A stretch of DNA of 64,000 nt. It comes from Escherichia coli. GTDB lineage: Bacteria > Pseudomonadota > Gammaproteobacteria > Enterobacterales > Enterobacteriaceae. Below are positions 1-9,789 of the stretch, one piece after another. Numbering within the stretch: position 1 is the first letter of the stretch; each line of letters starts with the position of its first letter. A program made the position numbers and the translations under genes. The notes beneath the pieces were generated by a model. The model did not search any database, was not told the DNA's origin, and saw only the letters and a program-made list of their open reading frames with translations. Location of the stretch: NCBI RefSeq assembly GCF_016026235.1, contig NZ_CP065613.1; one strand, 5' to 3'.

Positions 1-1
1 C

Positions 2-916
2 ATGAATCAAACTGTCGCGGTGACGGGCGCTACCGGTTTTATCGGTAAATATATTATCGATAACCTGCTCGCCCGCGGCTTTCACGTTCGCGCATTGACG
101 CGTACTGCCCGCGCTCACGTCAATGACAATCTCACCTGGGTGCGCGGTTCGCTGGAAGATACTCATTCACTTAGCGAACTGGTTGCCGGAGCCAGTGCGG
201 TGGTCCATTGCGCTGGGCAAGTGCGCGGACACAAAGAAGAGATTTTTACCCACTGTAACGTTGACGGCAGCCTGCACCTGATGCAAGCGGCAAAAGAGAG
301 CGGCTTTTGCCAACGTTTTCTGTTTATCTCTTCGCTGGCGGCGCGCCATCCCGAGCTCTCCTGGTACGCAAATTCCAAACACGTCGCCGAACAACGGCTG
401 ACTGCAATGGCTGACGAAATTACGCTGGGCGTTTTTCGCCCGACAGCCGTGTATGGTCCCGGCGATAAAGAGTTAAAACCGCTGTTTGACTGGATGCTGC
501 GCGGCCTGCTGCCACGACTTGGTGCACCAGATACACAGCTCTCTTTCCTGCACGTCACCGATTTTGCGCAAGCAGTGGGTCAGTGGTTAAGCGCCGAAAC
601 TGTACAGACGCAAACCTATGAATTATGCGATGGCGTCGCTGGCGGCTATGACTGGCAACGCATACAGCAACTTGCCGCCAACGTCCGTTGCGGTTCCGTG
701 CGAATGGTTGGTATTCCTCTGCCGGTACTCACCTGCCTTGCGGATATCAGTACCGCGTTGAGTCGCCTGGCAGGTAAAGAACCTATGCTGACCCGCTCGA
801 AAATTCGTGAATTAACCCACGCCGACTGGTCGGCAAGTAATAACCGTATTTCTGAAGATATTAATTGGTTTCCCGGGATTAGCCTGGAACACGCATTACG
901 CAACGGGCTATTTTGA
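2..916 (+). CDS. NAD(P)-dependent epimerase/dehydratase-family (extended SDR) reductase
   Basis: 304-aa ORF; N-terminal Rossmann motif VTGATGFIGK; YANSK (YxxxK) catalytic motif; start codon at 2-4. Confidence 0.8.
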   Translation: MNQTVAVTGATGFIGKYIIDNLLARGFHVRALTRTARAHVNDNLTWVRGSLEDTHSLSELVAGASAVVHCAGQVRGHKEEIFTHCNVDGSLHLMQAAKESGFCQRFLFISSLAARHPELSWYANSKHVAEQRLTAMADEITLGVFRPTAVYGPGDKELKPLFDWMLRGLLPRLGAPDTQLSFLHVTDFAQAVGQWLSAETVQTQTYELCDGVAGGYDWQRIQQLAANVRCGSVRMVGIPLPVLTCLADISTALSRLAGKEPMLTRSKIRELTHADWSASNNRISEDINWFPGISLEHALRNGLF

Positions 917-947
917 TTGTCTTGTTTAAAGGTGTGTTAACGTTTCT

Positions 948-1196
948 ATGGTAAATCGTGAAATAGTAATGGATTACATCCTTTCCTGTTTACAGGATTT
1001 GGTCGAAAACGGTGTGGAAATTAAGCCCGACAGCGATCTCGTCAACGATCTTGGCCTGGAGTCGATCAAAGTGATGGATCTCTTAATGATGCTGGAAGAC
1101 AGATTCGATATTTCCATTCCTATTAATATTCTGCTGGATGTCAAAACCCCTGCGCAATTAATGGAAACTCTACTTCCATGGCTGGAGAATAAATAA
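948..1196 (+). CDS. acyl carrier protein-like small acidic protein
   Basis: 82-aa ORF; DLGLESI motif resembling the ACP phosphopantetheine attachment site (DSL); stop overlaps start of next gene. Confidence 0.65.
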   Translation: MVNREIVMDYILSCLQDLVENGVEIKPDSDLVNDLGLESIKVMDLLMMLEDRFDISIPINILLDVKTPAQLMETLLPWLENK

Positions 1197-2368
1197 TGGG
1201 GCTATACGATAAATATGCGCGCCTTGCTGGCGAGCGACTGCAATTTAGTGACAACGGGTTAACACCGTTTGGCACCTGTATTGATGAAGTGTATTCCGCC
1301 ACCGAAGGCCGGATCGGCAATAAAAAAGTGATTCTGGCCGGGACCAATAATTATCTCGGTTTAACCTTTAATCATGATGCCATCAGCGAAGGTCAGGCAG
1401 CGTTAGCGGCCCAAGGCACCGGCACCACCGGTTCTCGTATGGCAAACGGCAGTTATGCGCCGCACCTGGCGTTAGAGAAAGAGATTGCCGAGTTTTTCAA
1501 TCGCCCTACCGCTATCGTTTTTTCAACCGGTTATACCGCTAATTTAGGCGTCATCAGCGCACTTGCCGACCATAACGCCGTGGTGTTACTGGATGCCGAC
1601 AGCCACGCCAGTATTTATGACGCCTGTTCTCTCGGTGGCGCGGAAATTATTCGTTTCCGCCATAACGATGCTAAAGATCTGGAACGGCGCATGGTTCGCC
1701 TCGGTGAACGGGCGAAAGAGGCGATTATCATCGTTGAGGGCATCTACAGCATGCTCGGTGACGTTGCGCCGCTGGCGGAAATTGTTGATATCAAACGTCG
1801 TCTCGGTGGTTATTTGATTGTCGATGAAGCGCATTCGTTTGGCGTGTTAGGCGCAACAGGGCGCGGACTGGCTGAAGCTGTCGGCGTTGAAGATGATGTG
1901 GATATTATCGTTGGTACTTTCAGTAAAAGTCTGGCCTCGATTGGCGGTTTTGCTGTCGGTTCGGAAGCGATGGAAGTGCTGCGCTACGGCAGCCGCCCGT
2001 ATATTTTTACCGCCTCTCCTTCTCCGTCCTGCATTGCGACCGTGCGCTCGTCGTTAAGAACTATTGCCACACAACCAGAGCTGCGGCAAAAGCTGATGGA
2101 TAACGCCAACCATCTGTATGACGGTCTGCAAAAACTGGGTTATGAGTTAAGTTCACATATTAGCCCGGTAGTGCCAGTAATAATCGGTTCGAAAGAGGAA
2201 GGTTTACGCATCTGGCGCGAGCTTATCTCGCTGGGCGTGTATGTGAATCTTATCCTGCCGCCTGCCGCGCCTGCAGGCATCACGCTGCTGCGCTGTAGCG
2301 TAAATGCTGCCCACAGTCGTGAGCAAATCGATGCCATCATTCAGGCATTTGCTACTCTGAAGCAGTAA
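1196..2368 (+). CDS. PLP-dependent alpha-oxoamine synthase family acyltransferase (BioF/Kbl/serine-palmitoyltransferase-like)
   Basis: 390-aa ORF; conserved VDEAHSFG and GTFSKSL (PLP-binding Lys) motifs typical of class-II aminotransferase alpha-oxoamine synthases. Confidence 0.85.
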   Translation: MGLYDKYARLAGERLQFSDNGLTPFGTCIDEVYSATEGRIGNKKVILAGTNNYLGLTFNHDAISEGQAALAAQGTGTTGSRMANGSYAPHLALEKEIAEFFNRPTAIVFSTGYTANLGVISALADHNAVVLLDADSHASIYDACSLGGAEIIRFRHNDAKDLERRMVRLGERAKEAIIIVEGIYSMLGDVAPLAEIVDIKRRLGGYLIVDEAHSFGVLGATGRGLAEAVGVEDDVDIIVGTFSKSLASIGGFAVGSEAMEVLRYGSRPYIFTASPSPSCIATVRSSLRTIATQPELRQKLMDNANHLYDGLQKLGYELSSHISPVVPVIIGSKEEGLRIWRELISLGVYVNLILPPAAPAGITLLRCSVNAAHSREQIDAIIQAFATLKQ

Positions 2369-2373
2369 TGTGA

Positions 2374-2401
2374 GCCCGCCGTGGTGTTTGCGCCACGGCG
2401 G
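2374..2401. terminator. bidirectional stem-loop between convergent operons
   Basis: inverted repeat cccgccgtgg / ccacggcggg with 8-nt loop, followed by ttt. Confidence 0.5.
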
Positions 2402-2403
2402 GT

Positions 2404-3483
2404 TTAATGTTGTCTGTCATACCAATACACCAGGCTCAACGCCACCAACACAAACGCTACCGGTAAACCGAGCGCGGTAACAGGTGCGCTTAACGCAAAT
2501 AGCAATCCCAGATTAACCATGATTTGATAGCTGATCCAGGTGAGTAAGCCCACGATGACGCCTACAGCGAGACGGCTACCCATCCCAGGCGAACGCGGGG
2601 CAGTAAAGGTAAACGGCACAGCCAGCAAAATCATCGCCAGGGTCAGGATGGGTTGCCCCAGTTTTTCCCACAGTGCAAGGCGGTATTCGCTGCTGGGTTG
2701 CCCGGTTTCCTGCAAATAATGGATGTAATGATTAAGCTGACGGACAGAAAAAGTATTCCCCGGCATTGATAACTCTTCAAGATTCATACTGGTGAAGGCC
2801 GATTGCCAGGCAAGATTATCTAATGTTTCCAGCGTTTCTTTGCCATTCAGCCATTTTTTATGATTCACACCATGCAGGACCCACGTTTTGTCGTCTTTAA
2901 TGGTGGCACTGCGTGCATAAATGTAGGATTCAAGCGAGAGATCGTCGGGATAATGAAATATCTCCACGCCCACCGGCTGGCCCTGCTCGTTCAGCGATTT
3001 CACCGTCACAAATTCATTACCACGCCTGGCCCACAGCATATTGCCGGTAATGTCATCGTCCTCCCCCAACGCGGTGGCGGTCGATTTGATTTGCAGCGCC
3101 TGTTGCTGCAATGGCGACGCCACCCACTCATCTATCGCGCCTAACGAAACAGTCCACAATATCCCGGCAACCAGCGCCACCAGTGCAATACGGAAGATAG
3201 AAAACCCCGTGCTGCGAATGGCGGTAAGCTCACTGTTTTTCGATAACTGCCCCAGGCCAACAATCCCTCCCAATAAGGCGATAAACGGCGAAAGTTCGAC
3301 CAGTGTGCGCGGTAAGGTCATTAGCACCACCAGCACCGCCTGAGTCCAGCGATAACCGCCCGGGCTGACATCATCCAGTTCGTTAATCAGGTTGAAGGTG
3401 GTAAAAAGCGGCAGCAATAGCCCTGCGGCGGCGGCAAAACCGAGAAAGAGATGACGGATTAAATAGCGACTGAAAACATTCAT
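2404..3483 (-). CDS. LptG-like (YjgP/YjgQ family) permease paralog
   Basis: ORF 2404-3564; likely start at internal Met (MNVFSRYLIRHLF) giving a 4-bp overlap with the upstream gene; multi-TM protein with C-terminal similarity to LptG. Confidence 0.7.
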   Translation of the reverse strand: MNVFSRYLIRHLFLGFAAAAGLLLPLFTTFNLINELDDVSPGGYRWTQAVLVVLMTLPRTLVELSPFIALLGGIVGLGQLSKNSELTAIRSTGFSIFRIALVALVAGILWTVSLGAIDEWVASPLQQQALQIKSTATALGEDDDITGNMLWARRGNEFVTVKSLNEQGQPVGVEIFHYPDDLSLESYIYARSATIKDDKTWVLHGVNHKKWLNGKETLETLDNLAWQSAFTSMNLEELSMPGNTFSVRQLNHYIHYLQETGQPSSEYRLALWEKLGQPILTLAMILLAVPFTFTAPRSPGMGSRLAVGVIVGLLTWISYQIMVNLGLLFALSAPVTALGLPVAFVLVALSLVYWYDRQH

Positions 3484-4550
3484 CGGGAAAATTTCTGCAG
3501 CAAAGAGAAGTCGCGTGCGACCAGCATCAGCAGGCCCATTAGCATGAGTCCGGGTACTAACCACAAACCAGGAATGAGGGGAATCGCGCCGTTAGCCACC
3601 AGCGTACGGCAGACGTCGCCGCCATAAAAAATGGCAATAAACAGCAACGTCAGTGGCAATAATGTTGAAAATCGCCCTTGCCGCGGTTTTACCCGACTTA
3701 ATGAAATGGCCAGCAGCGCCATCAACAATGCTGTCAGGCCACGGCTTTGCCGCCATTGCAGTTCGGCATGATCGGCAGGAAATACAGAGCGTGCCAGCTC
3801 CGTGACCGATTTTGCTTTGCGTTTGACGTTAGGGCTTTGATCCAGCGGATTCAGATGTAATTGCAGATTACGGTAGATCTGTTCATTGTCGTCACGCCCC
3901 TGATGATCGAGAAGATAGGCAGTGCCGTTGTGCAACATAACGGTCGGTTTCTCGGGTGATGGGTCAACCACATCAACCGAACGGGCGCGGAAAATGCGGG
4001 TTCGATTGGCAGTAGAAGTATAAATCAGCGCGTCAGTCAGGCGATTATTATCCTGATCAACCGTCTGCGAAAGGATCATTCGTCCGTTATCGTTAGTGTT
4101 AAATTTCTTTGCCCGCAACTGGCGAACATCCAGCTCCGACTGCGACTGCTGCTCCAGTTGATAAATCTGCGCATAAGCCCACGGACGACCATACATCGAC
4201 AGAAGGGTGACAAAAATACTTAGCGGTATCGCCAGATAAAGAACGGCTTTGTACAAGCGTCCCGGACTGCCCCCCGCCGCAGAGATAGCGGTAATTTCCG
4301 AGTCGGTATACATCTGCCCTAGCGTCACGCCAACTGACACATACAGACCAACAGGTAACAACATCTCCAGTGCAATCAGCACTTTGTAGAAAACGATATC
4401 CAGCACAACATCAAGAGCTAATGTCCCATTTGCCGCTTCGGTCAGATAACGCTGTGCGGAGTAGCTGGCGAAAATAAAGATCAGAAAACCGACGATAATC
4501 AGCACCAGACGGCGCGTACCACGCATGATGTAGTGTTCAACCAGCTTCAT
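3480..4550 (-). CDS. LptF-like (YjgP/YjgQ family) permease paralog
   Basis: 356-aa ORF; motif LGQMYTDSEITAISAAG resembling the conserved LptF/LptG segment; multi-TM. Confidence 0.7.
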   Translation of the reverse strand: MKLVEHYIMRGTRRLVLIIVGFLIFIFASYSAQRYLTEAANGTLALDVVLDIVFYKVLIALEMLLPVGLYVSVGVTLGQMYTDSEITAISAAGGSPGRLYKAVLYLAIPLSIFVTLLSMYGRPWAYAQIYQLEQQSQSELDVRQLRAKKFNTNDNGRMILSQTVDQDNNRLTDALIYTSTANRTRIFRARSVDVVDPSPEKPTVMLHNGTAYLLDHQGRDDNEQIYRNLQLHLNPLDQSPNVKRKAKSVTELARSVFPADHAELQWRQSRGLTALLMALLAISLSRVKPRQGRFSTLLPLTLLFIAIFYGGDVCRTLVANGAIPLIPGLWLVPGLMLMGLLMLVARDFSLLQKFSR

Positions 4551-4580
4551 CTCACTAACGCCCTCAATCCTTTGAATTTT

Positions 4581-5144
4581 TTATTCATTGATCAGTTTCT
4601 GCGCCAGCGCAATGACATGATCTACCTCTTCCGGCGTCAGGCTGCCGTCCTTTGCCCACTGAATTTGCCCGGTTTTATTCAGCACCAGAATGGTTGAACT
4701 CTGCTCCGGCAAGCGCCAGGCAACGCGTCCCTGTCCATTGCCGTCAATAACGAATTGCGCCCACGGATAGCGGCGTTTATTTTTTTCGATTTTGCCAACG
4801 ACAAAATAGCCAGTACCAAAGATGGCATCATCAGTGTTCACAATGGTGGTGGGCTGAAAACGATCCTGTGGAAAGTTTGCCGCTTCAACCGCTTTAATTA
4901 ACAGTGAGTTCTTCTTCTTCGCTGACTTACGCCCGGCGATATACTGGATAATGCGGACTTTTCCCGCCAATTGTGTGCTGTTCCACTTTTGGTAGTGAAT
5001 TTCGTCGTCGCTATTCAGAAGCAGCTCGCCGCCTTCCTGAATATAAACAGGGGTAACCGTTTTGCCAGTGACGAAATTGTGTGCCTGCACACCCGGGGCT
5101 AAGAGCATGATAATCAGCGCAATAATCAAACGAGATGACATCAT
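4581..5144 (-). CDS. secreted/periplasmic protein of unknown function
   Basis: 187-aa ORF with an N-terminal signal-peptide-like segment (LIIALIIMLLAPGVQA). Confidence 0.5.
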   Translation of the reverse strand: MMSSRLIIALIIMLLAPGVQAHNFVTGKTVTPVYIQEGGELLLNSDDEIHYQKWNSTQLAGKVRIIQYIAGRKSAKKKNSLLIKAVEAANFPQDRFQPTTIVNTDDAIFGTGYFVVGKIEKNKRRYPWAQFVIDGNGQGRVAWRLPEQSSTILVLNKTGQIQWAKDGSLTPEEVDHVIALAQKLINE

Positions 5145-5152
5145 TGCTCCGG

Positions 5153-5977
5153 TTATAGCGGAAAACGCGAAATCAGCAGCTCTAAGCGCTGGCGAATATC
5201 GCTATCCAGCGCCACCGGTGCATCATACGACTGGCGGTTTTCCATATCATCCGCCACCATGTCGTCGTGTTTATCCCCCATCAGGCCATTAATGGCGGCG
5301 AGGAAACGGGAAATCTGTAACGCCTCTTTATTTTCAGGATCAAGCGATCTTAAGGTGTCGTAATAAGAAACCTGCTGGCTGATGATTTTTCGCACATCAT
5401 GAAATTCCCTGCCGGTTAGTCGCGGTTTGGCAATTATCTCTTTCAGGGCATGCATTTGCTTTTGCCGATAGGCAATAAAACCGCTTACGCTTTCTAACTG
5501 GCTATGGCGTAATGAATAGTTCACCAACGACCAGACCGGAGAGCTTAAATAAATTCGTAACAGGTTGCCGTAATACGACACAATATTTTTCTTACCGTTA
5601 CGAAATCCGTCCTGAAAACGTCCCAGAAAAACGGTCGTTTTGCCGAATAAAAATCTGGCCTGATGCTTTTTTAAATACAGCCGTTGTGCAAAACGTAGAT
5701 GCTTGTAGCGCGCTCGCATGTATTTAAACTGTTTACGCTCGTCTGTCGTCAGCTCATCGCCTTTGGCTTGTTTGCGAATTAAACGAAGTAATTCCTGACG
5801 ATCAACGCCATTGAGCCAGAATTGCAGGCATAACGCGTAATTATCATGGATGATTTCGGTGGTACAACATAGTGCGATAGTCGGCGGCAAACTGACCTGG
5901 GCATCAACAACATCATCTTCCTCAATCGCAACAAATAGATGCTCGCTCGCCTCAAGCGGGAAATATTTTCTCATCAT
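5153..5977 (-). CDS. hypothetical protein (possible counterpart of the K-12 yghO pseudogene)
   Basis: 274-aa ORF, in operon orientation with flanking genes; no motif recognised. Confidence 0.45.
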   Translation of the reverse strand: MMRKYFPLEASEHLFVAIEEDDVVDAQVSLPPTIALCCTTEIIHDNYALCLQFWLNGVDRQELLRLIRKQAKGDELTTDERKQFKYMRARYKHLRFAQRLYLKKHQARFLFGKTTVFLGRFQDGFRNGKKNIVSYYGNLLRIYLSSPVWSLVNYSLRHSQLESVSGFIAYRQKQMHALKEIIAKPRLTGREFHDVRKIISQQVSYYDTLRSLDPENKEALQISRFLAAINGLMGDKHDDMVADDMENRQSYDAPVALDSDIRQRLELLISRFPL

Positions 5978-7326
5978 CAGGATTTCTCTCCGGCTGCGTT
6001 ATAAAGCAAGGAATGGCGCTGAAAAAAAGCCTTTAAGATCGGAATTAGCGAAAGCACCACATCCAGACATTGACCGCCGAAATAAGCAAACGCTGCTCCC
6101 AGCACGCCAAACAGATGACAGAACATGAACAGCAATACGATGTAGCCGATTGAGGCGATGGTTTGCGCCACGAGAAAAGCGCGCTGTTTTCCCGCCATCA
6201 ATAGCAATGACTCCTGAGGGAAGCCCAGCATCGAGATCACAATTGCGCCCAGCATCACCTGAATCAGGTCATACGCTTCGAGATACTTAACGCCAAACAC
6301 CAGCGAAATGAGCGGCTTGCCGACGATCAACACCGCGAGCGCCACCAGAATACCGATTCCGCCCGCCAGTAAACCGGACTTCACACCTAACAACCACGGT
6401 CTGGTGGTGCGCGGATCTAAACGCATCACCTCTGGGTAAAAACTTTTACCCAGCAAACCCGCTGGCGTTCCGGCGGCGTCGAAGAATGTCATGGCGATTT
6501 TAAATAACCCGGCGACAGCGGGTCCTAACACGATCCCCACCAACACTGTGCTGCACGAGTTACGCGCCGACCAGATGGAGTGGGCAATGTTGGTTGACCA
6601 GACAAAACTCCACGCGCCTTTAATGTGTCGGGCAGACTCAAACAGATTCAATTTGAAGGCGTTATGGATATTTCTGCGGCGTAATTCGCGCGCGGCAAAC
6701 CACCAGTACATGGTGCCGCCAACCAGATTCGACACGTACCAGGCAATAACAAAACCCGCAAAACCAAAGTCAAAATACCAGGCTGCGACGCTCCCCGCTG
6801 CGCGCAGAAAAGGTTTCGTCGCCTGCTGTACAGCAATCAAATCAAAGCGATCTACCGCACGCAGAATGCCGGTCGGCGTGGAGGAAGCCATTGAAGGAAT
6901 GAGCGTGCAATACAGCGCTGCCAGCCAAAAGCTTTGGTCATCCAGACCTAATGAATGGGAAAGAAAAGGGAGTAAGGCAATGCCGCCGACAATCGCCACC
7001 GCGCCGCTGACGATATCCAGCGAGAAGGAAAATGAGACGACATTGCGAAATTGCTGCGGATTATTGTTGGTTAATGCTGGTGTTCCGTACTGAACCACCA
7101 GCTGCCATGTCTGAAACTTAATAAAATCGCTGATCGACTTGGCGTACGATTGCACAATCACCAGTACGCCAAACATGGCGGGCGTCATCCCTTTACCGGC
7201 ACACGAGAGCGCCAACAGACCCAGCAAGGCGCTCACGACATTACTGGAGCCTAACCAGGCGCTATTGCGAATAATGGTGCGAAACGCGCCATCTGCAAAC
7301 CAATGTTTGATGTTAAAACCCGCCAA
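5977..7326 (-). CDS. yghQ: polytopic inner-membrane protein, flippase-like (polysaccharide-biosynthesis/MOP type)
   Basis: 449-aa highly hydrophobic ORF; position immediately before yghR as in K-12. Confidence 0.6.
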   Translation of the reverse strand: MAGFNIKHWFADGAFRTIIRNSAWLGSSNVVSALLGLLALSCAGKGMTPAMFGVLVIVQSYAKSISDFIKFQTWQLVVQYGTPALTNNNPQQFRNVVSFSFSLDIVSGAVAIVGGIALLPFLSHSLGLDDQSFWLAALYCTLIPSMASSTPTGILRAVDRFDLIAVQQATKPFLRAAGSVAAWYFDFGFAGFVIAWYVSNLVGGTMYWWFAARELRRRNIHNAFKLNLFESARHIKGAWSFVWSTNIAHSIWSARNSCSTVLVGIVLGPAVAGLFKIAMTFFDAAGTPAGLLGKSFYPEVMRLDPRTTRPWLLGVKSGLLAGGIGILVALAVLIVGKPLISLVFGVKYLEAYDLIQVMLGAIVISMLGFPQESLLLMAGKQRAFLVAQTIASIGYIVLLFMFCHLFGVLGAAFAYFGGQCLDVVLSLIPILKAFFQRHSLLYNAAGEKS

Positions 7327-7371
7327 TTCAGCCTGACCTTATCGTTGATAGTAAAAAGTATCCCGCCAGCC

Positions 7372-8130
7372 TTAAGTTAAACTTCGGCGGTCAGAAACGA
7401 TGGCAACCAGAGAAACCGCCTTCTGTGCCTGTTCCAGCACTTCGCTGTAGGGCGCTCTGGAATCAATCTCAAGAATTTTTGTGCCGTTATAGCCAATCGT
7501 CGACATAACACTGATTTTGTCCTGCAGCTCGGCATAGTCATGGTCAGGCTTGCGGGAGATGGCAGTCTCAATATCAATGCCCAGGCGAATAATTAATTCC
7601 GGGCGATATTGCGCCATTTGTTGGTATAAACGCCGTTCGCGCTGCGCCAGAAACATGCTGATTTTCCCGGTCGCACGTTCGACGCCAATCCCCGGTCCGT
7701 CATAATAAAAGCCCGAAATTTCAGCCTGCGGGAAGCGATCGCTGACCACCAGAACGCCACTTTGCGCCAGTCGCTGAACCTTGCGTAGATTCGCCATTCT
7801 TCGCAGCGAGAAGCAGTACATAATCACCGCCGCCCATAGCGCCGGAGATTTGGTTTTCATGCTTTGGGTTTTCGAGGATTTGGCCGCCAGTCGCCGTTCC
7901 AGCCAGACGCCAACCAACGGCAATCGTTTGATTTTGTCGCCGTCTTCGCCGGAGAGCAGCCCCAAATAGCGGCGCTCGGTTTGCCAGTGTTGTTGCAGCG
8001 ATTTCACCAGGTCGGTGGTCAGTGTGGATTTACCGGTGCCATCACACCCGACCACCGCAATCAGCCCCGGAATGTAGTTGGGCTGCGGCGCGGTTGTACT
8101 AATAACAGTTTGTGTTTGTAGTGCATCCAT
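7372..8130 (-). CDS. yghR: P-loop ATP-binding protein
   Basis: 252-aa ORF; Walker A VVGCDGTGKST; paralog of the next two genes. Confidence 0.7.
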   Translation of the reverse strand: MDALQTQTVISTTAPQPNYIPGLIAVVGCDGTGKSTLTTDLVKSLQQHWQTERRYLGLLSGEDGDKIKRLPLVGVWLERRLAAKSSKTQSMKTKSPALWAAVIMYCFSLRRMANLRKVQRLAQSGVLVVSDRFPQAEISGFYYDGPGIGVERATGKISMFLAQRERRLYQQMAQYRPELIIRLGIDIETAISRKPDHDYAELQDKISVMSTIGYNGTKILEIDSRAPYSEVLEQAQKAVSLVAIVSDRRSLT

Positions 8131-8161
8131 TCGTTAAATCATCCCCTATCCATTTTGGTGA

Positions 8162-8875
8162 TCAAGAAAGCGCGGCGTGAATTGCGCGTAGTGACGCTTG
8201 CAGAATTTCATCGGCTGGTTGCCGACCATCCAGTTCAAGGATCTTTGCGCCATTGAATGTCAATTGCGGCGTAACGGCGATTTTTTCCTGTAACGCTGCC
8301 AGTTGGTGGTCAGGTTTACGCGCAAACGCGGTTTGTTCATCAATGCCAAGACGAATCAACAATACGGGTAAATAAGACGCCATCCATTGGTACAGCTTCA
8401 ACTCGCGCTGCCTTAACATTTTTATCCAACCGTTACCGCCCGTGGTTTTTGCCAATTGCGGGCCATCAAAGCGAAAACCCGGCACTTCAACCTGCGGGTA
8501 GCGGTCGGTGATGAGCAGATGGCCTTGCTGGCTTCTACACAACATTTTGCGAAACTTGTACGCCCGCCAGCAGGAAAGCAGATAGATAACCAGCGCAGTA
8601 ATATTGCCAGGCGGTGTTGAGGGCTTTTCGTGCACATGTGCCGCTTTACTTCGCAGATAACGCCCAAAAGGTGCGCCAATAACAGGGAGCTGTGAAATCC
8701 ATTCGCCAATTCGCCCGGACGATTGCCCGAGATAAATGCGTTCTGTTGGCATTCTTGCTGCCAGTTCATTTACCAGGCTTGCCGTGAGGGTCGATTTACC
8801 TGAACCATCACATCCTACAATGGCAATAACACGCACTGGCGTGGAATTAATTATTGACATATTACGTTGATTCAC
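8162..8875 (-). CDS. yghS: P-loop ATP-binding protein
   Basis: 237-aa ORF; Walker A IVGCDGSGKST; shared DRYPQ and RKPDH motifs with yghR/yghT. Confidence 0.7.
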   Translation of the reverse strand: MNQRNMSIINSTPVRVIAIVGCDGSGKSTLTASLVNELAARMPTERIYLGQSSGRIGEWISQLPVIGAPFGRYLRSKAAHVHEKPSTPPGNITALVIYLLSCWRAYKFRKMLCRSQQGHLLITDRYPQVEVPGFRFDGPQLAKTTGGNGWIKMLRQRELKLYQWMASYLPVLLIRLGIDEQTAFARKPDHQLAALQEKIAVTPQLTFNGAKILELDGRQPADEILQASLRAIHAALS

Positions 8876-9048
8876 GAAAAACCCGGCAGTAAATAATGTA
8901 TTGAATATTACGTGGTCCGTGCTCAGAATATCCGTTCAACCTTATTGTGACAATGGTTAATTGTGACATTGACCTGAATTACGCTTTCATAAAAACATAT
9001 TAACCAAATAAATATTTTGGATGGATATTTAAATTTAAGGATATATTC

Positions 9049-9741
9049 ATGCAGTCAATAACACCTCCATTAATTGCCGTTATTGGTAGCGATGGTTCAG
9101 GCAAGTCAACGGTGTGTGAACATCTCATTACCGTTGTCGAAAAATATGGTGCTGCCGAAAGAGTTCATTTAGGAAAACAAGCCGGAAATGTCGGTCGTGC
9201 AGTGACAAAATTACCGTTGATGGGAAAATCCTTACATAAAACAATTGAACGAAATCAGGTGAAAACAGCAAAAAAATTGCCAGGACCAGTTCCGGCGCTG
9301 GTAATTACAGCGTTTGTCGCCCGTCGCTTACTGCGCTTTCGTCATATGCTTGCCTGTCGTCGTCGCGGGTTAATTGTTCTAACCGACCGTTATCCTCAGG
9401 ACCAAATTCCTGGCGCTTACGATGGTACGGTGTTCCCACCTAACGTTGAAGGTGGTCGTTTTGTCTCATGGCTGGCAAGCCAGGAACGTAAAGCGTTTCA
9501 CTGGATGGCGAGCCATAAGCCTGATCTGGTCATCAAACTCAATGTCGATCTAGACGTGGCCTGCGCGCGTAAGCCTGACCACAAAAGGGAATCGCTGGCA
9601 AGAAAGATAGCCATAACGCCACAGTTAACCTTTGGTGGTGCACAACTGGTTGATATCGACGCCAATCAGCCACTGGAACAGGTGTTAGTTGATGCAGAAA
9701 AAGCGATTACGGATTTTATGACCGCGCGTGGTTATCACTAG
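9049..9741 (+). CDS. yghT: P-loop ATP-binding protein
   Basis: 230-aa ORF; Walker [12 protein letters not shown]; divergent from yghS. Confidence 0.7.
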   Translation: MQSITPPLIAVIGSDGSGKSTVCEHLITVVEKYGAAERVHLGKQAGNVGRAVTKLPLMGKSLHKTIERNQVKTAKKLPGPVPALVITAFVARRLLRFRHMLACRRRGLIVLTDRYPQDQIPGAYDGTVFPPNVEGGRFVSWLASQERKAFHWMASHKPDLVIKLNVDLDVACARKPDHKRESLARKIAITPQLTFGGAQLVDIDANQPLEQVLVDAEKAITDFMTARGYH

Positions 9742-9789
9742 CCAAAAATGGAAATGCCCGATCGCCAGGACCGGGCATTTTCAGGAAGG

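Noticed and set aside
3480-3564. 85-bp overlap of the two permease ORFs
   Set aside because: Explained by choosing the internal Met at 3483 as the true start of the downstream gene, giving a normal 4-bp overlap.
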